Below are positions 54,652-64,000 of a stretch of DNA of 64,000 bases, piece after piece. The position numbers and the translations under genes were made by a program. Each line of letters opens with the position of its first letter. The stretch's first letter is position 1. The stretch spans positions 21,896 to 85,895 of IMG/VR virus record IMGVR_UViG_3300037010_001749; one strand, written 5' to 3'. The notes beneath the pieces were generated by a model, which did not search any database, was not told the origin of the DNA, and saw only the letters and a list, made by a program, of their open reading frames with translations. The stretch comes from a virus.

Positions 54652-56154
54652 ATGGGTCTGCAAGTAGAAGGTTTTGCCGTCGCAAACGGCATGAATGTTG
54701 ACGCTGCAAACAACGCGCGGGTCAACACCCCGGGCTACAACTCGGCCGGAGTCGCTGTCGGGGGCGGTGACATCAACGGCCCAGCGGTCTTCAGCGAGGT
54801 TGACAGCGGGACGATCACCGCCGCGCGTAGGGTGCTGTCCCCTGAAGTTGACGATGACTACCGCTTCCGTGTTGCCACAGACACCATGCTGGACGAGTAC
54901 GCGTTTCTCGACGTGGTGCAGAACACGGCGAAGTTCAAGCACGACTTCCTGACGTTGACGGCCACTGCCTCAGCCGCTGGCCTCCTGTGCAACAGCGGGG
55001 CCATCACGACCACGACCACAGGTATGACGTTCGGCACGTTCGCCATGTTCCCCTGCGGCGGAACGCAGTCGCTGATCACTTGCCAGGAATTTGCGATGTC
55101 GGCCCAGCCGAGCGCCAACCAGGTGTTTGACATCGGCCCGTTCCAGCGTGGCGCGGCCAACCCGTTCTTGCCGCTGGACGGCGCGTATTTTCGAATTTCC
55201 GCTGCCGGTGTGCAGGGCGTGGTGAACTTCAACGGCACCGAGACCTCCTCTGGCGTGTTCACGAACGCCGGGAACACTGGCACTTTCGCCTACGCCAACA
55301 ACCAGGTATACCACTGGCTGATCCAGGCTAACGCCCTGAAGACGACGTTCTGGATTAACAACATCCTGTACGCGGAAATCCTCACGCCGATTGGTCAGCA
55401 CGCGCCCTTCATGTCCCGGGCTTTGCCGTGGTCCCTCCGAGACTCAATCGTGGGCGGCGCGGCCGGCTCTGCCCTACAGCCGTTGGTCAAGTCGTACCAG
55501 GTCTACACGCGAGGGGCGGTCTCCGCCGAGCCTCTGAGCGCCATGCGCAACCGTGTGGACGGCAGCTACCAGCGGCCTGACGCAGCAGTGCTTGGCAGCC
55601 TGGGCACTTACGCGAACAGCACCAATCCAACAGCAGCGGTGCCGAGCAACACGACGCTGACAGTCGGCGCGGCGGGTCTGCTCAATCAAGCGTGGGAGAC
55701 TTTCAGCTTGGCGGTCAACACCGACGCTCTGCTGGCGAGTTACCAAGTCCCTGCAGGCTCAGCCACGGTCCCAGGCAGGCGCTTGAAGGTCATGGGCGTG
55801 AAGCTCTCCAGCTACGTCCAGACTGTGCTCGTGGGCGGCCCGTGCGCCCGAACCTTTGGCTTGGCTTTCGGTGGCACGGCCGTATCGCTGGCCCAAGGCG
55901 AGTCAGCCTCGTTCGCCACGGGCACGACCAAGGCCCGGCGTGTGGTGCTTCTCCCTGAACTCACCCAGATCATCACGGCGGCGCAGGTCGTGAGCACCAT
56001 GATTTCGCAACCCCAAGGCAGCGTGTCGATGTTTCCTGCCCCGGTGTACGTCAACCCGGGCGAATTCGTCCAGGTGTTCGAAAAGATCGTCGGGACTGTG
56101 GGCACCAGCGGCACCATCGTCAACCACATCCAGATCATCGCCGAACCGGAGTGA
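54652..56154 (+). CDS. Putative lectin-like structural protein, 500 aa
   Basis: GAGGAG RBS; beta-rich composition. Confidence 0.7.
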   Translation: MGLQVEGFAVANGMNVDAANNARVNTPGYNSAGVAVGGGDINGPAVFSEVDSGTITAARRVLSPEVDDDYRFRVATDTMLDEYAFLDVVQNTAKFKHDFLTLTATASAAGLLCNSGAITTTTTGMTFGTFAMFPCGGTQSLITCQEFAMSAQPSANQVFDIGPFQRGAANPFLPLDGAYFRISAAGVQGVVNFNGTETSSGVFTNAGNTGTFAYANNQVYHWLIQANALKTTFWINNILYAEILTPIGQHAPFMSRALPWSLRDSIVGGAAGSALQPLVKSYQVYTRGAVSAEPLSAMRNRVDGSYQRPDAAVLGSLGTYANSTNPTAAVPSNTTLTVGAAGLLNQAWETFSLAVNTDALLASYQVPAGSATVPGRRLKVMGVKLSSYVQTVLVGGPCARTFGLAFGGTAVSLAQGESASFATGTTKARRVVLLPELTQIITAAQVVSTMISQPQGSVSMFPAPVYVNPGEFVQVFEKIVGTVGTSGTIVNHIQIIAEPE

Positions 56155-56159
56155 ACTGA

Positions 56160-56597
56160 ATGGCCCTACTGCTGGCGCTCACGGGCGGCCCGGCAGTCCC
56201 GGCGATTTACTACGTCATCGGGCCTGCTGCTGGGTGGGTAGACCCGACTGACGACGAGGTAGTTGCCGGGCAACTCAGCGGCGGCGGGACCGCGACCGCC
56301 CAAGGCAGCCAAGCATCGGCAACATCCACCACGACGGTGGACTTTGCCCTTGATGCCTTCGGGCTGACCCCGGGCGGAAGCTACAAGATAGCCTACGTCT
56401 GGTGGGATGGGGTGGCCCCCATAGCTCCCCCGGACAGCAGCAACGTCCAGGTTTCTGCCGCGTTCACCATGCTCGGCGGCAACCGGTTCAAAGTCTGGAG
56501 CGGCTCAGCCTGGACCGCCAAAATCTTGAAGTTCTGGAACGGCACGGCTTGGGTGCCCAAGCCCGGGAAGTTCTGGAACGGGACGACCTGGGCCTGA
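56160..56597 (+). CDS. Putative fibre-tip protein with K.W.G.AW repeats
   Basis: KVWSGSAW, KFWNGTAW, KFWNGTTW. Confidence 0.7.
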   Translation: MALLLALTGGPAVPAIYYVIGPAAGWVDPTDDEVVAGQLSGGGTATAQGSQASATSTTTVDFALDAFGLTPGGSYKIAYVWWDGVAPIAPPDSSNVQVSAAFTMLGGNRFKVWSGSAWTAKILKFWNGTAWVPKPGKFWNGTTWA

Positions 56598-56684
56598 TAG
56601 CGCACCAACGACTTGCGAGGTATCATGAAAGGATCGTTTGACCAAGTCCTGGCTGACCCCTTCCTCGGCCTTCAGGAGACCTTC

Positions 56685-57155
56685 ATGAGTACAGCGCTGC
56701 CCGCCTCCCCTGAGCTACTAGATCCCGCGCCGGCGCCTCCGCCCACCGAAGCCTGGAGCCTGGCGGATCCGCCTGCTGGCGCGGTGGCCAACGTCAGCTA
56801 CGTTGTGGTGCCGGCCGAGCAAATTCGCGAGTGGCAGGCTAGCGTCGCTTGGATGCAGCAGCAGGCGCAGATCTTTGATCGTGCCACGTTGGCGGCTGAG
56901 AGCAATGCCCAGACGTTCCAGCAGCAAAAGGTTGCGATGGAACGCCACGCAACCGCGGTCGAGAACCTGGTCAACGGCCTGTCAGCTACGATGTCTCAGC
57001 CGGTGGCGCAAGCTCCGAGGACCACGCTACAGGTTGCTGACGCCCTGCTCGCGGTGCTTGCCCCTATCATGCAGGACAAAACACCGCTTGCTGTGTTCCA
57101 GCGCGTGAAGGCCTTGACCGACATGCGCAAAGCCTACCTTTCTGCCTTCCAATGA
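56685..57155 (+). CDS. Hypothetical coiled-coil protein
   Basis: AGGAG RBS. Confidence 0.6.
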   Translation: MSTALPASPELLDPAPAPPPTEAWSLADPPAGAVANVSYVVVPAEQIREWQASVAWMQQQAQIFDRATLAAESNAQTFQQQKVAMERHATAVENLVNGLSATMSQPVAQAPRTTLQVADALLAVLAPIMQDKTPLAVFQRVKALTDMRKAYLSAFQ

Positions 57156-57487
57156 TCGGACCACTCACTATGACCAAGAACCTCCTGATCTCGATCGAAA
57201 ATTCAGTCGAGACGCCGCTGCCCGACAGCGTGACCTTCGCGGGCTTCAAATTCACGCTGCGGTCGATGCAGCCTGGCGTGGCCGACAGTGCCTCCAGCGT
57301 GGTGGCCGAGACCGTGTACACGTTTCCCGACGTGGCTCTCGGCAGCTATGTGGCTGAGGTGGTAGCCATGGGGTCGAACGACCAGCCCCTCGGAACACCG
57401 GTGTCGATCAAGGTCGAAGTGGCTGATGTACCGCCGCCGGCCCTGACGTACCCCCAACCTGCAGTCCTTGCTTTCTCCGTGTTCTGA
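57152..57487 (+). CDS. Hypothetical Ig-like protein
   Basis: TF.DV..G.Y...V.A. Confidence 0.6.
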   Translation: MIGPLTMTKNLLISIENSVETPLPDSVTFAGFKFTLRSMQPGVADSASSVVAETVYTFPDVALGSYVAEVVAMGSNDQPLGTPVSIKVEVADVPPPALTYPQPAVLAFSVF

Positions 57488-57618
57488 GGCTGGCGGTGTA
57501 CTATCCAGCCCAAAGTGCCGGCGCTGTGAAGGCGCTGTCTGGCGATCACCCGAAAAGCCAGGCTGGGCGCTTGAATCCTTCAAGCACAGCCCAGCTCACC
57601 GGGCGTGGAGTCAAGCGC

Positions 57619-58044
57619 ATGCGCAACCCCTACACCACCCTGGGTGTCCTCAAGCTCTACGCCTGCCTTGCGGCAGGTATCACTGGCTGGGAAGGCCTGG
57701 CCACGCAACCAGCAGTGCCTTTTGCCCATCTGCTGGCTTTCGGCCTGCTGCTGAGCGTGGCGATGGTTGGCCTGGTTGACGCGGTGGTGAACGATATGCT
57801 GCCGGCTCACTACGAAGCGACGTGGACAGCCACCTACCGCTACTTCATTTTCGTGGCGTTGGCCACTGGCCAGTTGTCAGTTCTGCACGCCTACGTGGTG
57901 GGTGAGCACATCAGCTACTCAGCAATCCGGTATGCTCTCGATGCCGCGGCGGCTGTCTCAGTTGCCGTTCTTGACATCGGACTCAGGCGCCACCATGCAA
58001 AAAATCGAAGTGCCGAATCTACGCTACCAGCTGGTGTTGCTTAG
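57619..58044 (+). CDS. Multi-pass membrane protein
   Basis: About 4 hydrophobic segments. Confidence 0.65.
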   Translation: MRNPYTTLGVLKLYACLAAGITGWEGLATQPAVPFAHLLAFGLLLSVAMVGLVDAVVNDMLPAHYEATWTATYRYFIFVALATGQLSVLHAYVVGEHISYSAIRYALDAAAAVSVAVLDIGLRRHHAKNRSAESTLPAGVA

Positions 58045-58435
58045 GAACCTGGCGCTACTCCTGGGGATCCTGCCGGCGGTGGCCTGGGGCTTTGCTGAAC
58101 CACTCACGATCGACAATCAACTGGCGGTGATACCCACCGTGGTGTACATCATCACGATGGTTTCGGCCTCTCTTGGCGGTTTGGCCGGTACGCTCCACAG
58201 AGTGTCAAAACACCTCGAGCCCACCGAGACGGTCATCAGGCACCCCAAGATCTTCGTGGCCGCCAACATGCTTGGCGGCCTTGTTGCTGGATGGGTGATG
58301 TTCTTCATGAGCACCCATGCCGGCACGCCGACGCTGCTGGTCCAGGGCTTTGTGCTCATGTGCTCGTTCGGTGGCGCTGCGCTGGTCGAGCGCTTTGTCG
58401 ACCGCTACTTCCCGGCTCCGGGCGAAAAGGGTTGA
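57995..58435 (+). CDS. Holin-like membrane protein
   Basis: Several TM segments; SFGG..LVE.F motif. Confidence 0.55.
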   Translation: MQKIEVPNLRYQLVLLRNLALLLGILPAVAWGFAEPLTIDNQLAVIPTVVYIITMVSASLGGLAGTLHRVSKHLEPTETVIRHPKIFVAANMLGGLVAGWVMFFMSTHAGTPTLLVQGFVLMCSFGGAALVERFVDRYFPAPGEKG

Positions 58436-58437
58436 CC

Positions 58438-59253
58438 ATGTTCCAGCTGCCTTCTTTCTGGGCTGGCGACGACCAGTCCCTTGACCTCCTTGCCTCGGCG
58501 ATGGAGTCGGTCTACGCTATGACCGAGGCGCGGGCAGGCAAGTCTTCCAGCCCATTCGAACTGCCCCCGCTGGTCAACGTGCAGGACGGCGTCGGTGTGG
58601 TCAGTCTGAAGGGCTCCCTCGTCGCCGGCTCTGCGGGCCTCATGCGCCTATTCGGAATCACGGGCTACACGGACTTCCAGGAGGCATTGCTCGAGGCGGC
58701 CACTGACAAGTCGGTCAAGTCCATCATGCTGGACGTGGCCAGTGGCGGCGGCGACGTGAACGGTGTGGACGAGACCAGCGACATCCTGAAGCAGATTGCT
58801 GCGCTCAAACCCGTGATGACCTACGCTAGCGGCCTGATGAACTCAGCTGCGTACTGGCTGGGCTCGGCCGGCACGCGCCGCCTGGCCAGCCAGACCTCCC
58901 AGGTCGGCTCCATCGGCGTCATCGCCGTGCACATGGAGCGGACCAAGCAGATGGAGAAGGATGGCGTCACACCGACGGTTGTACGCAGCGGCAAGTGGAA
59001 GGCCCTTGGCGGCCCCTACGAGAAGCTCTCCGCACTTGCGGAAGCGGAAATCACCAAGCAGGTGATGGCCATCAGCGGTATTTTCGAGAACCGCGTGGCC
59101 AGCAACCTCGGTACGACTCAGGCCAAGGTGCACGACCGCATGGGTCAAGGCCGGGTATTTCTCGGCGCTGAAGCCGTTGATGTTGGCCTTATTCACGGCA
59201 TCGCTACCCACCAGCAGGCGTTCCTCGCTGCAAAAGCGATGGCACGTAGTTGA
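58438..59253 (+). CDS. S49-family prohead protease
   Basis: LDV.SGGG.V.G, SAAYWLGS, VGSIGV. Confidence 0.92.
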   Translation: MFQLPSFWAGDDQSLDLLASAMESVYAMTEARAGKSSSPFELPPLVNVQDGVGVVSLKGSLVAGSAGLMRLFGITGYTDFQEALLEAATDKSVKSIMLDVASGGGDVNGVDETSDILKQIAALKPVMTYASGLMNSAAYWLGSAGTRRLASQTSQVGSIGVIAVHMERTKQMEKDGVTPTVVRSGKWKALGGPYEKLSALAEAEITKQVMAISGIFENRVASNLGTTQAKVHDRMGQGRVFLGAEAVDVGLIHGIATHQQAFLAAKAMARS

Positions 59254-59278
59254 CACTGAGTTAGTGCTCACTCACAAT
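59250..59278 (+). promoter_or_regulatory. Sigma70-like promoter upstream of scaffold/capsid genes
   Basis: TTGACA-17bp-CACAAT with a TGAG/CTCA dyad in the spacer. Confidence 0.6.
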
Positions 59279-59304
59279 CCCGCAACTTTCGAGGACTACA
59301 CCAA

Positions 59305-59859
59305 ATGGGCAAGAAGATCGTTTTGGACGATGCCACCCGGGCCCTGATCCTGGCCGGCGGCACCGAGATCGAAATCGAGGAGACCACTCCGGCACCTGCC
59401 ACTGGCGCCGCGCCGGTGACGCCTCCCGTTTCGGCTGCTGCCCCTGCCGCTGCCCCTGCGGCCGCGCCTGTCGCCCCGGTGGCCCCTTCTGCTGATCTGG
59501 TCGCCAACCTGATGAGCCAGATCAGCGCGAAGGACACTGCGCTGGTAGAAGCCAACGTCAAGATTGCCACGCTGACCGCTGCGTCCAAAGACGCCACCGA
59601 CAGCCTGCCCGGTCTGCTGGCCATCGCCCAAGGGGTGATTGGCAACATGCAGGTGGCCCTCGGTGCCAGCAGCACAGCTGCCGCCTTGAGCGCTGCTGAT
59701 GCTGTCAAGGAGCACGCACGCATCTCCCCGCTCTACACCGAGAAGTTCAAGACGGGTGGCATCGCCTCCCCCCAGGCTTCCACGGAAGAACCGGGTGCCG
59801 GCAACGTCACCATCCACCCCGCATTTGCCCAGCGCCTCGCTGCGGCCAACGCTAAGTAA
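59305..59859 (+). CDS. Putative scaffold protein
   Basis: Ala/Pro-rich plus coiled coil, between protease and capsid. Confidence 0.65.
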   Translation: MGKKIVLDDATRALILAGGTEIEIEETTPAPATGAAPVTPPVSAAAPAAAPAAAPVAPVAPSADLVANLMSQISAKDTALVEANVKIATLTAASKDATDSLPGLLAIAQGVIGNMQVALGASSTAAALSAADAVKEHARISPLYTEKFKTGGIASPQASTEEPGAGNVTIHPAFAQRLAAANAK

Positions 59860-59868
59860 GGAGCTCCC

Positions 59869-60360
59869 ATGAGCCGCGACCACCGCATCGTCCCCACCGC
59901 GCCGACTGAAGCCAGCAAGACCGTGCGTCTCGGCGCCGGCACCGGCGCAGCCAACAACTTTGACCTGAAGGAGCAAGGCAAAGCTGTCAAGCTGGTTGCT
60001 GAATCCCGCTACGACCTTTGCGCCGCCGGCGACGAGATCGAGGGCTTCATCACTTCCGTCGAAGGTGCCACGCAGAACGGCTACAGCATCGGCGGCATTG
60101 CCCAAGAAGACCTGCAGTGGGCTACGGCCGACGGCCTGCAAGGCACCCTTGGCGTTGGTGTGATCGCCGTTGGTGACTACATACTGGCCGGTACCCTGAC
60201 GGCCAAGGGTACTGCCCTGCTGCAGTACCAGAAGGTGGCCAAGGCCACCACGCAGGCCAACGTCAAGGCTTCGCCTTTCAGCTGGCGCGTCGAGTCTCTG
60301 GGCCCGGCTGGCACCGGTGCCGTCGGTACCGCCATCGTCATCCGCCGCCAGGCCTGCTGA
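59869..60360 (+). CDS. Putative capsid decoration protein
   Basis: GKAVKL...GDEIEG; directly upstream of MCP. Confidence 0.65.
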   Translation: MSRDHRIVPTAPTEASKTVRLGAGTGAANNFDLKEQGKAVKLVAESRYDLCAAGDEIEGFITSVEGATQNGYSIGGIAQEDLQWATADGLQGTLGVGVIAVGDYILAGTLTAKGTALLQYQKVAKATTQANVKASPFSWRVESLGPAGTGAVGTAIVIRRQAC

Positions 60361-60384
60361 TCCCTCACCCTCACGGAGAATCCA

Positions 60385-61602
60385 ATGAGCGCATTTCTGA
60401 ACCACAAGGGTGAGCCGGAGCAAGTCCAGCTGACCCCGGAAATCTACCGCGCCGCGCATGACGCCAACCTGTCTGTGCCGGCCTTCCTGAACCGTGAGTA
60501 CGGTTCGAAGACGGATCGGGCCAAGCACGGCGACATCTTCAAGCAGATGTGCGTGTCGGAAGGCATCTACATCCCCGGCCGCGACGGCATGGACTTGCGC
60601 GCCGCCACCGTGGGCGACATCCTCGACGGCAAGGCCTCCTTGACCATGGGGGCTGCCACGACCCAGCAGCGCAACACCGACTACGGTGGCACGCAAGCCC
60701 GGATCTTGTTCCCCGCCGCGGTGGTGGACATCATCGAGTCCACGCTGAAGAAAGACCTGGTCACTGACCTGAACCTCTTCAACAGCATGATCTCGCTGCG
60801 CCTGGGTGTCGCCAGCGACACGTTCGAGCAGCCGATGATCAACTACCAGACCAACAACGGTCCGGATGGTGCTGCTCGGGCAACCGCACAGCGCGTTGCT
60901 CAGCTGGCCACACCACCCGCGATGGCTGTCTTCACGACCAGCCAAACCCCCCGTCGGCTGCCGACCTTCTCCATGGGCGCCGAGTTCTCTCAGCAAGCCC
61001 TGAAGACGGCCACGCTGGACCTGGTGGCCCTGAGCTTGGCGCGCTTCATGCAGGTGGAAGAAGACGCCCGCGTGTACGAGTGGCTGTCGAATTTGTGGTC
61101 CGGTGACCTCGACTTCAACATGGCTGCCATCAGCGCTGTGACCACGACTTCCCTGGACGCCCTGGCCACCGGTGGCGTGTTGACGCACAAGGCCTGGGTC
61201 AAGTGGCTGTACCGCCAACGCAAGTACCGTCGCCTCACGCATGCGGTCTGCGACATCGACACGTACTTCAAGATCGAAGGCCGCACGGGTCGCCCGGGCG
61301 CCATCGGCCTGCTGGACCCGACGCTGCCGAAGATCGCACCGGAAGGCATGGCGCAAAACCCGTACGTCGACAACGTGAAGATCATGCTGGTCGACGCGGC
61401 TATCGACGGCGGCCCGGTGCCGGCCAACACCATCTGGGGCGTGGACTCACGCTTCGGCATCGTCAAGGTCAGCAACACCAGCGCGGCCTACAGCGCTGCC
61501 GAGACCTTCGCGATGAAGCGTTCGGAGGCCTTCCGCATCGACACCTCGGAGTCGGTGTACCGCCAGTGGGACGCGGCGTTCGATGTCCTGACGATCGCCT
61601 GA
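60385..61602 (+). CDS. Major capsid protein
   Basis: 405 aa, canonical position, followed by a terminator. Confidence 0.8.
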   Translation: MSAFLNHKGEPEQVQLTPEIYRAAHDANLSVPAFLNREYGSKTDRAKHGDIFKQMCVSEGIYIPGRDGMDLRAATVGDILDGKASLTMGAATTQQRNTDYGGTQARILFPAAVVDIIESTLKKDLVTDLNLFNSMISLRLGVASDTFEQPMINYQTNNGPDGAARATAQRVAQLATPPAMAVFTTSQTPRRLPTFSMGAEFSQQALKTATLDLVALSLARFMQVEEDARVYEWLSNLWSGDLDFNMAAISAVTTTSLDALATGGVLTHKAWVKWLYRQRKYRRLTHAVCDIDTYFKIEGRTGRPGAIGLLDPTLPKIAPEGMAQNPYVDNVKIMLVDAAIDGGPVPANTIWGVDSRFGIVKVSNTSAAYSAAETFAMKRSEAFRIDTSESVYRQWDAAFDVLTIA

Positions 61603-61604
61603 GC

Positions 61605-61832
61605 GTGGCTGAAATCACTGTCGTCGATGTGGACGGGCGCTGGGTACTCAACCCCAACGCCTTTCCCTTCGCGGATCCGGAGACCAGAGTGGTCTTCGTC
61701 CCTGGCCAGGTCTACAAGGTGAAGTATGCCGAGGAGTCCTGGATTCACCAGCAGGTGGCGGCAGGCGTGCTTGCCAAGGCCCCAGACCCGATGAAGCCGG
61801 ACAAAGCCGCACCGGCCGAGTCCAAGACCTGA
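61605..61832 (+). CDS. Small hypothetical protein
   Basis: GTG start right after MCP. Confidence 0.6.
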   Translation: MAEITVVDVDGRWVLNPNAFPFADPETRVVFVPGQVYKVKYAEESWIHQQVAAGVLAKAPDPMKPDKAAPAESKT

Positions 61833-61845
61833 CCCGGCAAGACAG

Positions 61846-61870
61846 AAAGGGCCCCTCACGGGGCCCTTTT
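61846..61870 (+). terminator. Rho-independent terminator
   Basis: AAAGGGCCCC-TCAC-GGGGCCCTTTT. Confidence 0.9.
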
Positions 61871-61884
61871 CACTGGAGCACCTG

Positions 61885-62373
61885 ATGCTTGCGGACTACA
61901 CCACTTTCGACGAGATCCGCGCTGCCCTCGGGGTTTCCGATGAGGAGATCACCGACGAGACCCTGGGGCTGGAGATCCACGAGATCCGTTTCGAAGAGGA
62001 CCTGCGCAGTCTCTCAACACTTGCGTTGAGCACTTGGCTCGCGCTGCCCGGGATCGATAGCCGGTCAACTGCTGAGGTGCGCTTCGGCAAGCTGCTCAAG
62101 CTCTACGCCACCTACTCGGTGGCCTACGCTTTGACCGACAGCGCGGAACTTTTCGGCTTCCTGAAGGTGGCGGACGGCCGGGCGTCCACAGAGCGCACTG
62201 CGCAGGCTTTTGCCAATCTTCGTGGCAGCCTGGCCGGCCGAGTCCGGTCCTTCGGTGACCTGATGCTTGAAGCCTTGAGCGTCATCGTCCCTGACGTGCC
62301 GGCGCCGACTGGCGAATTCCCACTTTGGGTCTCAGCTGTCGGCGGAGCCACCGACCCGGTGACCGACACATGA
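61885..62373 (+). CDS. Putative head-tail adaptor
   Basis: YTT..EIRA.LG; position after capsid. Confidence 0.6.
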   Translation: MLADYTTFDEIRAALGVSDEEITDETLGLEIHEIRFEEDLRSLSTLALSTWLALPGIDSRSTAEVRFGKLLKLYATYSVAYALTDSAELFGFLKVADGRASTERTAQAFANLRGSLAGRVRSFGDLMLEALSVIVPDVPAPTGEFPLWVSAVGGATDPVTDT

Positions 62374-63200
62374 AGCTCAAGAGCGCGGCGCGCTACTACG
62401 ATGACACACCGGTGGCCGACGGCTACACCGGTGACTATCTGTGGCGGTGCCAGTTCTCCAGCTTCAACGACGTGAATGCGGTGGGCTCGACGTCCACTCG
62501 CCGGATCCTGTCCATCGCACCGGACCTACAGCTGCCGGCGCGCCGTGTCGTCAAGGTCTTCGACGACCGGTGGCTTGTGGGCGACGGCAATCCGGACTCC
62601 TGGCGCGGCGAGGTCATCCGCCAATCCTTCAACATGAAGAAGGCCACGGCGCTGGCCCAGATGCTCACGCCAGCGCAAGCCTGCCTCAGCCAGGCCGGCA
62701 CCGAGGCGTATACCCAGGCCATCTACTTCAAGGACACGGTCAACTCGCTCAACAACGCAGATTACGACCCGTTCTGGAACTACTTCTTTGCGCCGACTGA
62801 GCCAGTGGGCAAGGGTTCGTTCATCCGCGACGGTACGCGGCTCCTCCGCGTACGTAGCAGCTACGTCCCGCTCGAGGACTTGCGCATCTGCCAGAGCGAC
62901 GAGATTGACATGCTGCCCCAGGCCGCGGTGTTCGGCACAGGCGCCTACGACCCGGCCTCCGATAGCTTCGGCGCCGGGACCGTGGCGACTCCGGTCATCC
63001 TCTTCGACACGGTGAAGGCGTACACCAATGTTACTCAGGCTACAGCCTCGGTGGCCAAGGGCGACCTAAGCGGGTTGGTGGCAGCTTCAGCCGTCACGCC
63101 GGCCGTGGGCAAGACGGTGGACATCGCGGGCACTGCCTGGCGAATTCTGGGCAGCACCGCTGATCTCGACGCCTGGCTACTGCACTTGCGTCGTGCTTGA
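62370..63200 (+). CDS. Putative head-closure/neck protein
   Basis: Position, ATGA coupling. Confidence 0.55.
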   Translation: MKLKSAARYYDDTPVADGYTGDYLWRCQFSSFNDVNAVGSTSTRRILSIAPDLQLPARRVVKVFDDRWLVGDGNPDSWRGEVIRQSFNMKKATALAQMLTPAQACLSQAGTEAYTQAIYFKDTVNSLNNADYDPFWNYFFAPTEPVGKGSFIRDGTRLLRVRSSYVPLEDLRICQSDEIDMLPQAAVFGTGAYDPASDSFGAGTVATPVILFDTVKAYTNVTQATASVAKGDLSGLVAASAVTPAVGKTVDIAGTAWRILGSTADLDAWLLHLRRA

Positions 63201-63729
63201 GATCGACACGTCAGGAGTGGAAGCGTACGCGGCCTGGCTTGAGCAGGAAGCCGCCCGCATCACGCTCGACTTTCGCCAGTTCCTACACAGCTGGGCGCTG
63301 TTCGTGCACGCGGACATCACGAGCTTGACCCCGCAGTGGTCAGGCAACCTGGCGGCCAACTGGGCACTTGACGTCGGCGCAGAGACCACCGCCGCCACGA
63401 CCTTTGCCGGTCCGGCCGGGGACCAGCCTTTCAAGGGCGGCCGCGGTGGTGGCCCAATGTACTCTCGCGGCATGCAGCCGGCGGTGGCCATTTCGCTGGC
63501 CCGGGCCCGGCAGGCCCGGTTGCCAGAATTGAGTGAGACGGTGTACATCCACAACCCGGTGGAGTACGCTGAGGCTGTTGAGAACGATTCGGGCCCACTG
63601 CGCGTCCGGGCCATCAACCGTTTGCCTCGCACCGAGGCTGGTAAGATCGCCATGGTACTGCATGCTTACACCAAGTATTCGCAGACTGCCGACTTCAGCT
63701 ACTTGGCGGAGCCCTATGGAAGATCTTGA
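63193..63729 (+). CDS. Putative neck/tail-completion protein
   Basis: TP..SG.L.ANW; VYI.N.V.YA..VE. Confidence 0.65.
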   Translation: MLEIDTSGVEAYAAWLEQEAARITLDFRQFLHSWALFVHADITSLTPQWSGNLAANWALDVGAETTAATTFAGPAGDQPFKGGRGGGPMYSRGMQPAVAISLARARQARLPELSETVYIHNPVEYAEAVENDSGPLRVRAINRLPRTEAGKIAMVLHAYTKYSQTADFSYLAEPYGRS

Positions 63730-64000
63730 ACCCTGGCTTGTTCGCGCTGAAAACCTTCTCCGTTTTGATCCGGAAACGGGCTACTTCTATTGGAGGCAGA
63801 GCCGAGGTGGCACTGCTCGGGCCGGGGAAAGGGCCGGGGGGATCGACGCCTACGGCTACTGGGTTGTGAAGCTAGAAGGTAAGAGCTACAAGGCCCACAG
63901 ACTTGCTTGGGCCTTCATTCATCGGGCATGGCCGGCCGGAGATTTGGACCACAAGTTCAGTTCTCACCAAGACAACCGTGTAGCCTTTTTGCGCCCGGCC
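63716..64000 (+). CDS. HNH homing endonuclease (runs off the window)
   Basis: FDPETG.F.W...GY...YKAHRLAW...DH...DNR. Confidence 0.85.
   Translation, partial: MEDLEPWLVRAENLLRFDPETGYFYWRQSRGGTARAGERAGGIDAYGYWVVKLEGKSYKAHRLAWAFIHRAWPAGDLDHKFSSHQDNRVAFLRPA

Larger units (their letters stand above)
1..64000. mobile_element. Tailed dsDNA phage genome segment with divergent early/replication and packaging/head arms; no integrase seen
   Basis: Terminase, portal, S49 protease, capsid, PolA, primase, helicase and dense small ORFs; no host housekeeping genes. Confidence 0.96.

Noticed and set aside
59296-61356. 686-aa minus-strand ORF (also 8331-9710 and 866-1765 on +)
   Set aside because: Antisense shadows of real genes in high-GC DNA; no motifs
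1-64000. Integron integrase, phage integrase, reverse transcriptase/DGR, tRNA genes
   Set aside because: No tyrosine or serine recombinase motifs, RT motif or cloverleaf recognised; they could lie outside the window or be too divergent to see by eye

Overview
The whole window is a high-GC tailed dsDNA phage genome segment (host probably a betaproteobacterium; inferred, not shown) with two divergent arms. The leftward arm (1-44.3 kb) has a replication module (PolA with fused 5'-3' exonuclease, dATP/dGTP diphosphohydrolase-like, MazG-like, DEDDh exonuclease, AEP primase-ATPase, SNF2 helicase) preceded by dozens of small early genes. A non-coding switch region (44.3-45.8 kb) holds a boxA, hairpins and a composite tandem repeat. 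The rightward arm has gpA-type terminase, portal, an 8 kb block of fibre-like and membrane genes, S49 protease, scaffold, decoration protein, major capsid protein, neck genes and an HNH. The main finding is an integron-type cassette array at 22.7-28.5 kb with 11 complete and 2 half attC sites and no integrase in the window. All cassette ORFs are antisense to the canonical attC orientation, several start codons and RBSs lie inside the attC loops, and the cargo is phage-type genes including an Acb2 anti-CBASS homologue. Other notable features: a CCTTAG-NN-YTRRGG dyad (25+ copies) fused to early-gene Shine-Dalgarno sites, a ~140-nt structured RNA-like element upstream of the portal gene, a 4-3-2-1 countdown tandem repeat before the terminase genes, and a parS-like site. 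All protein calls come from motif recognition by eye; no database searches were run.
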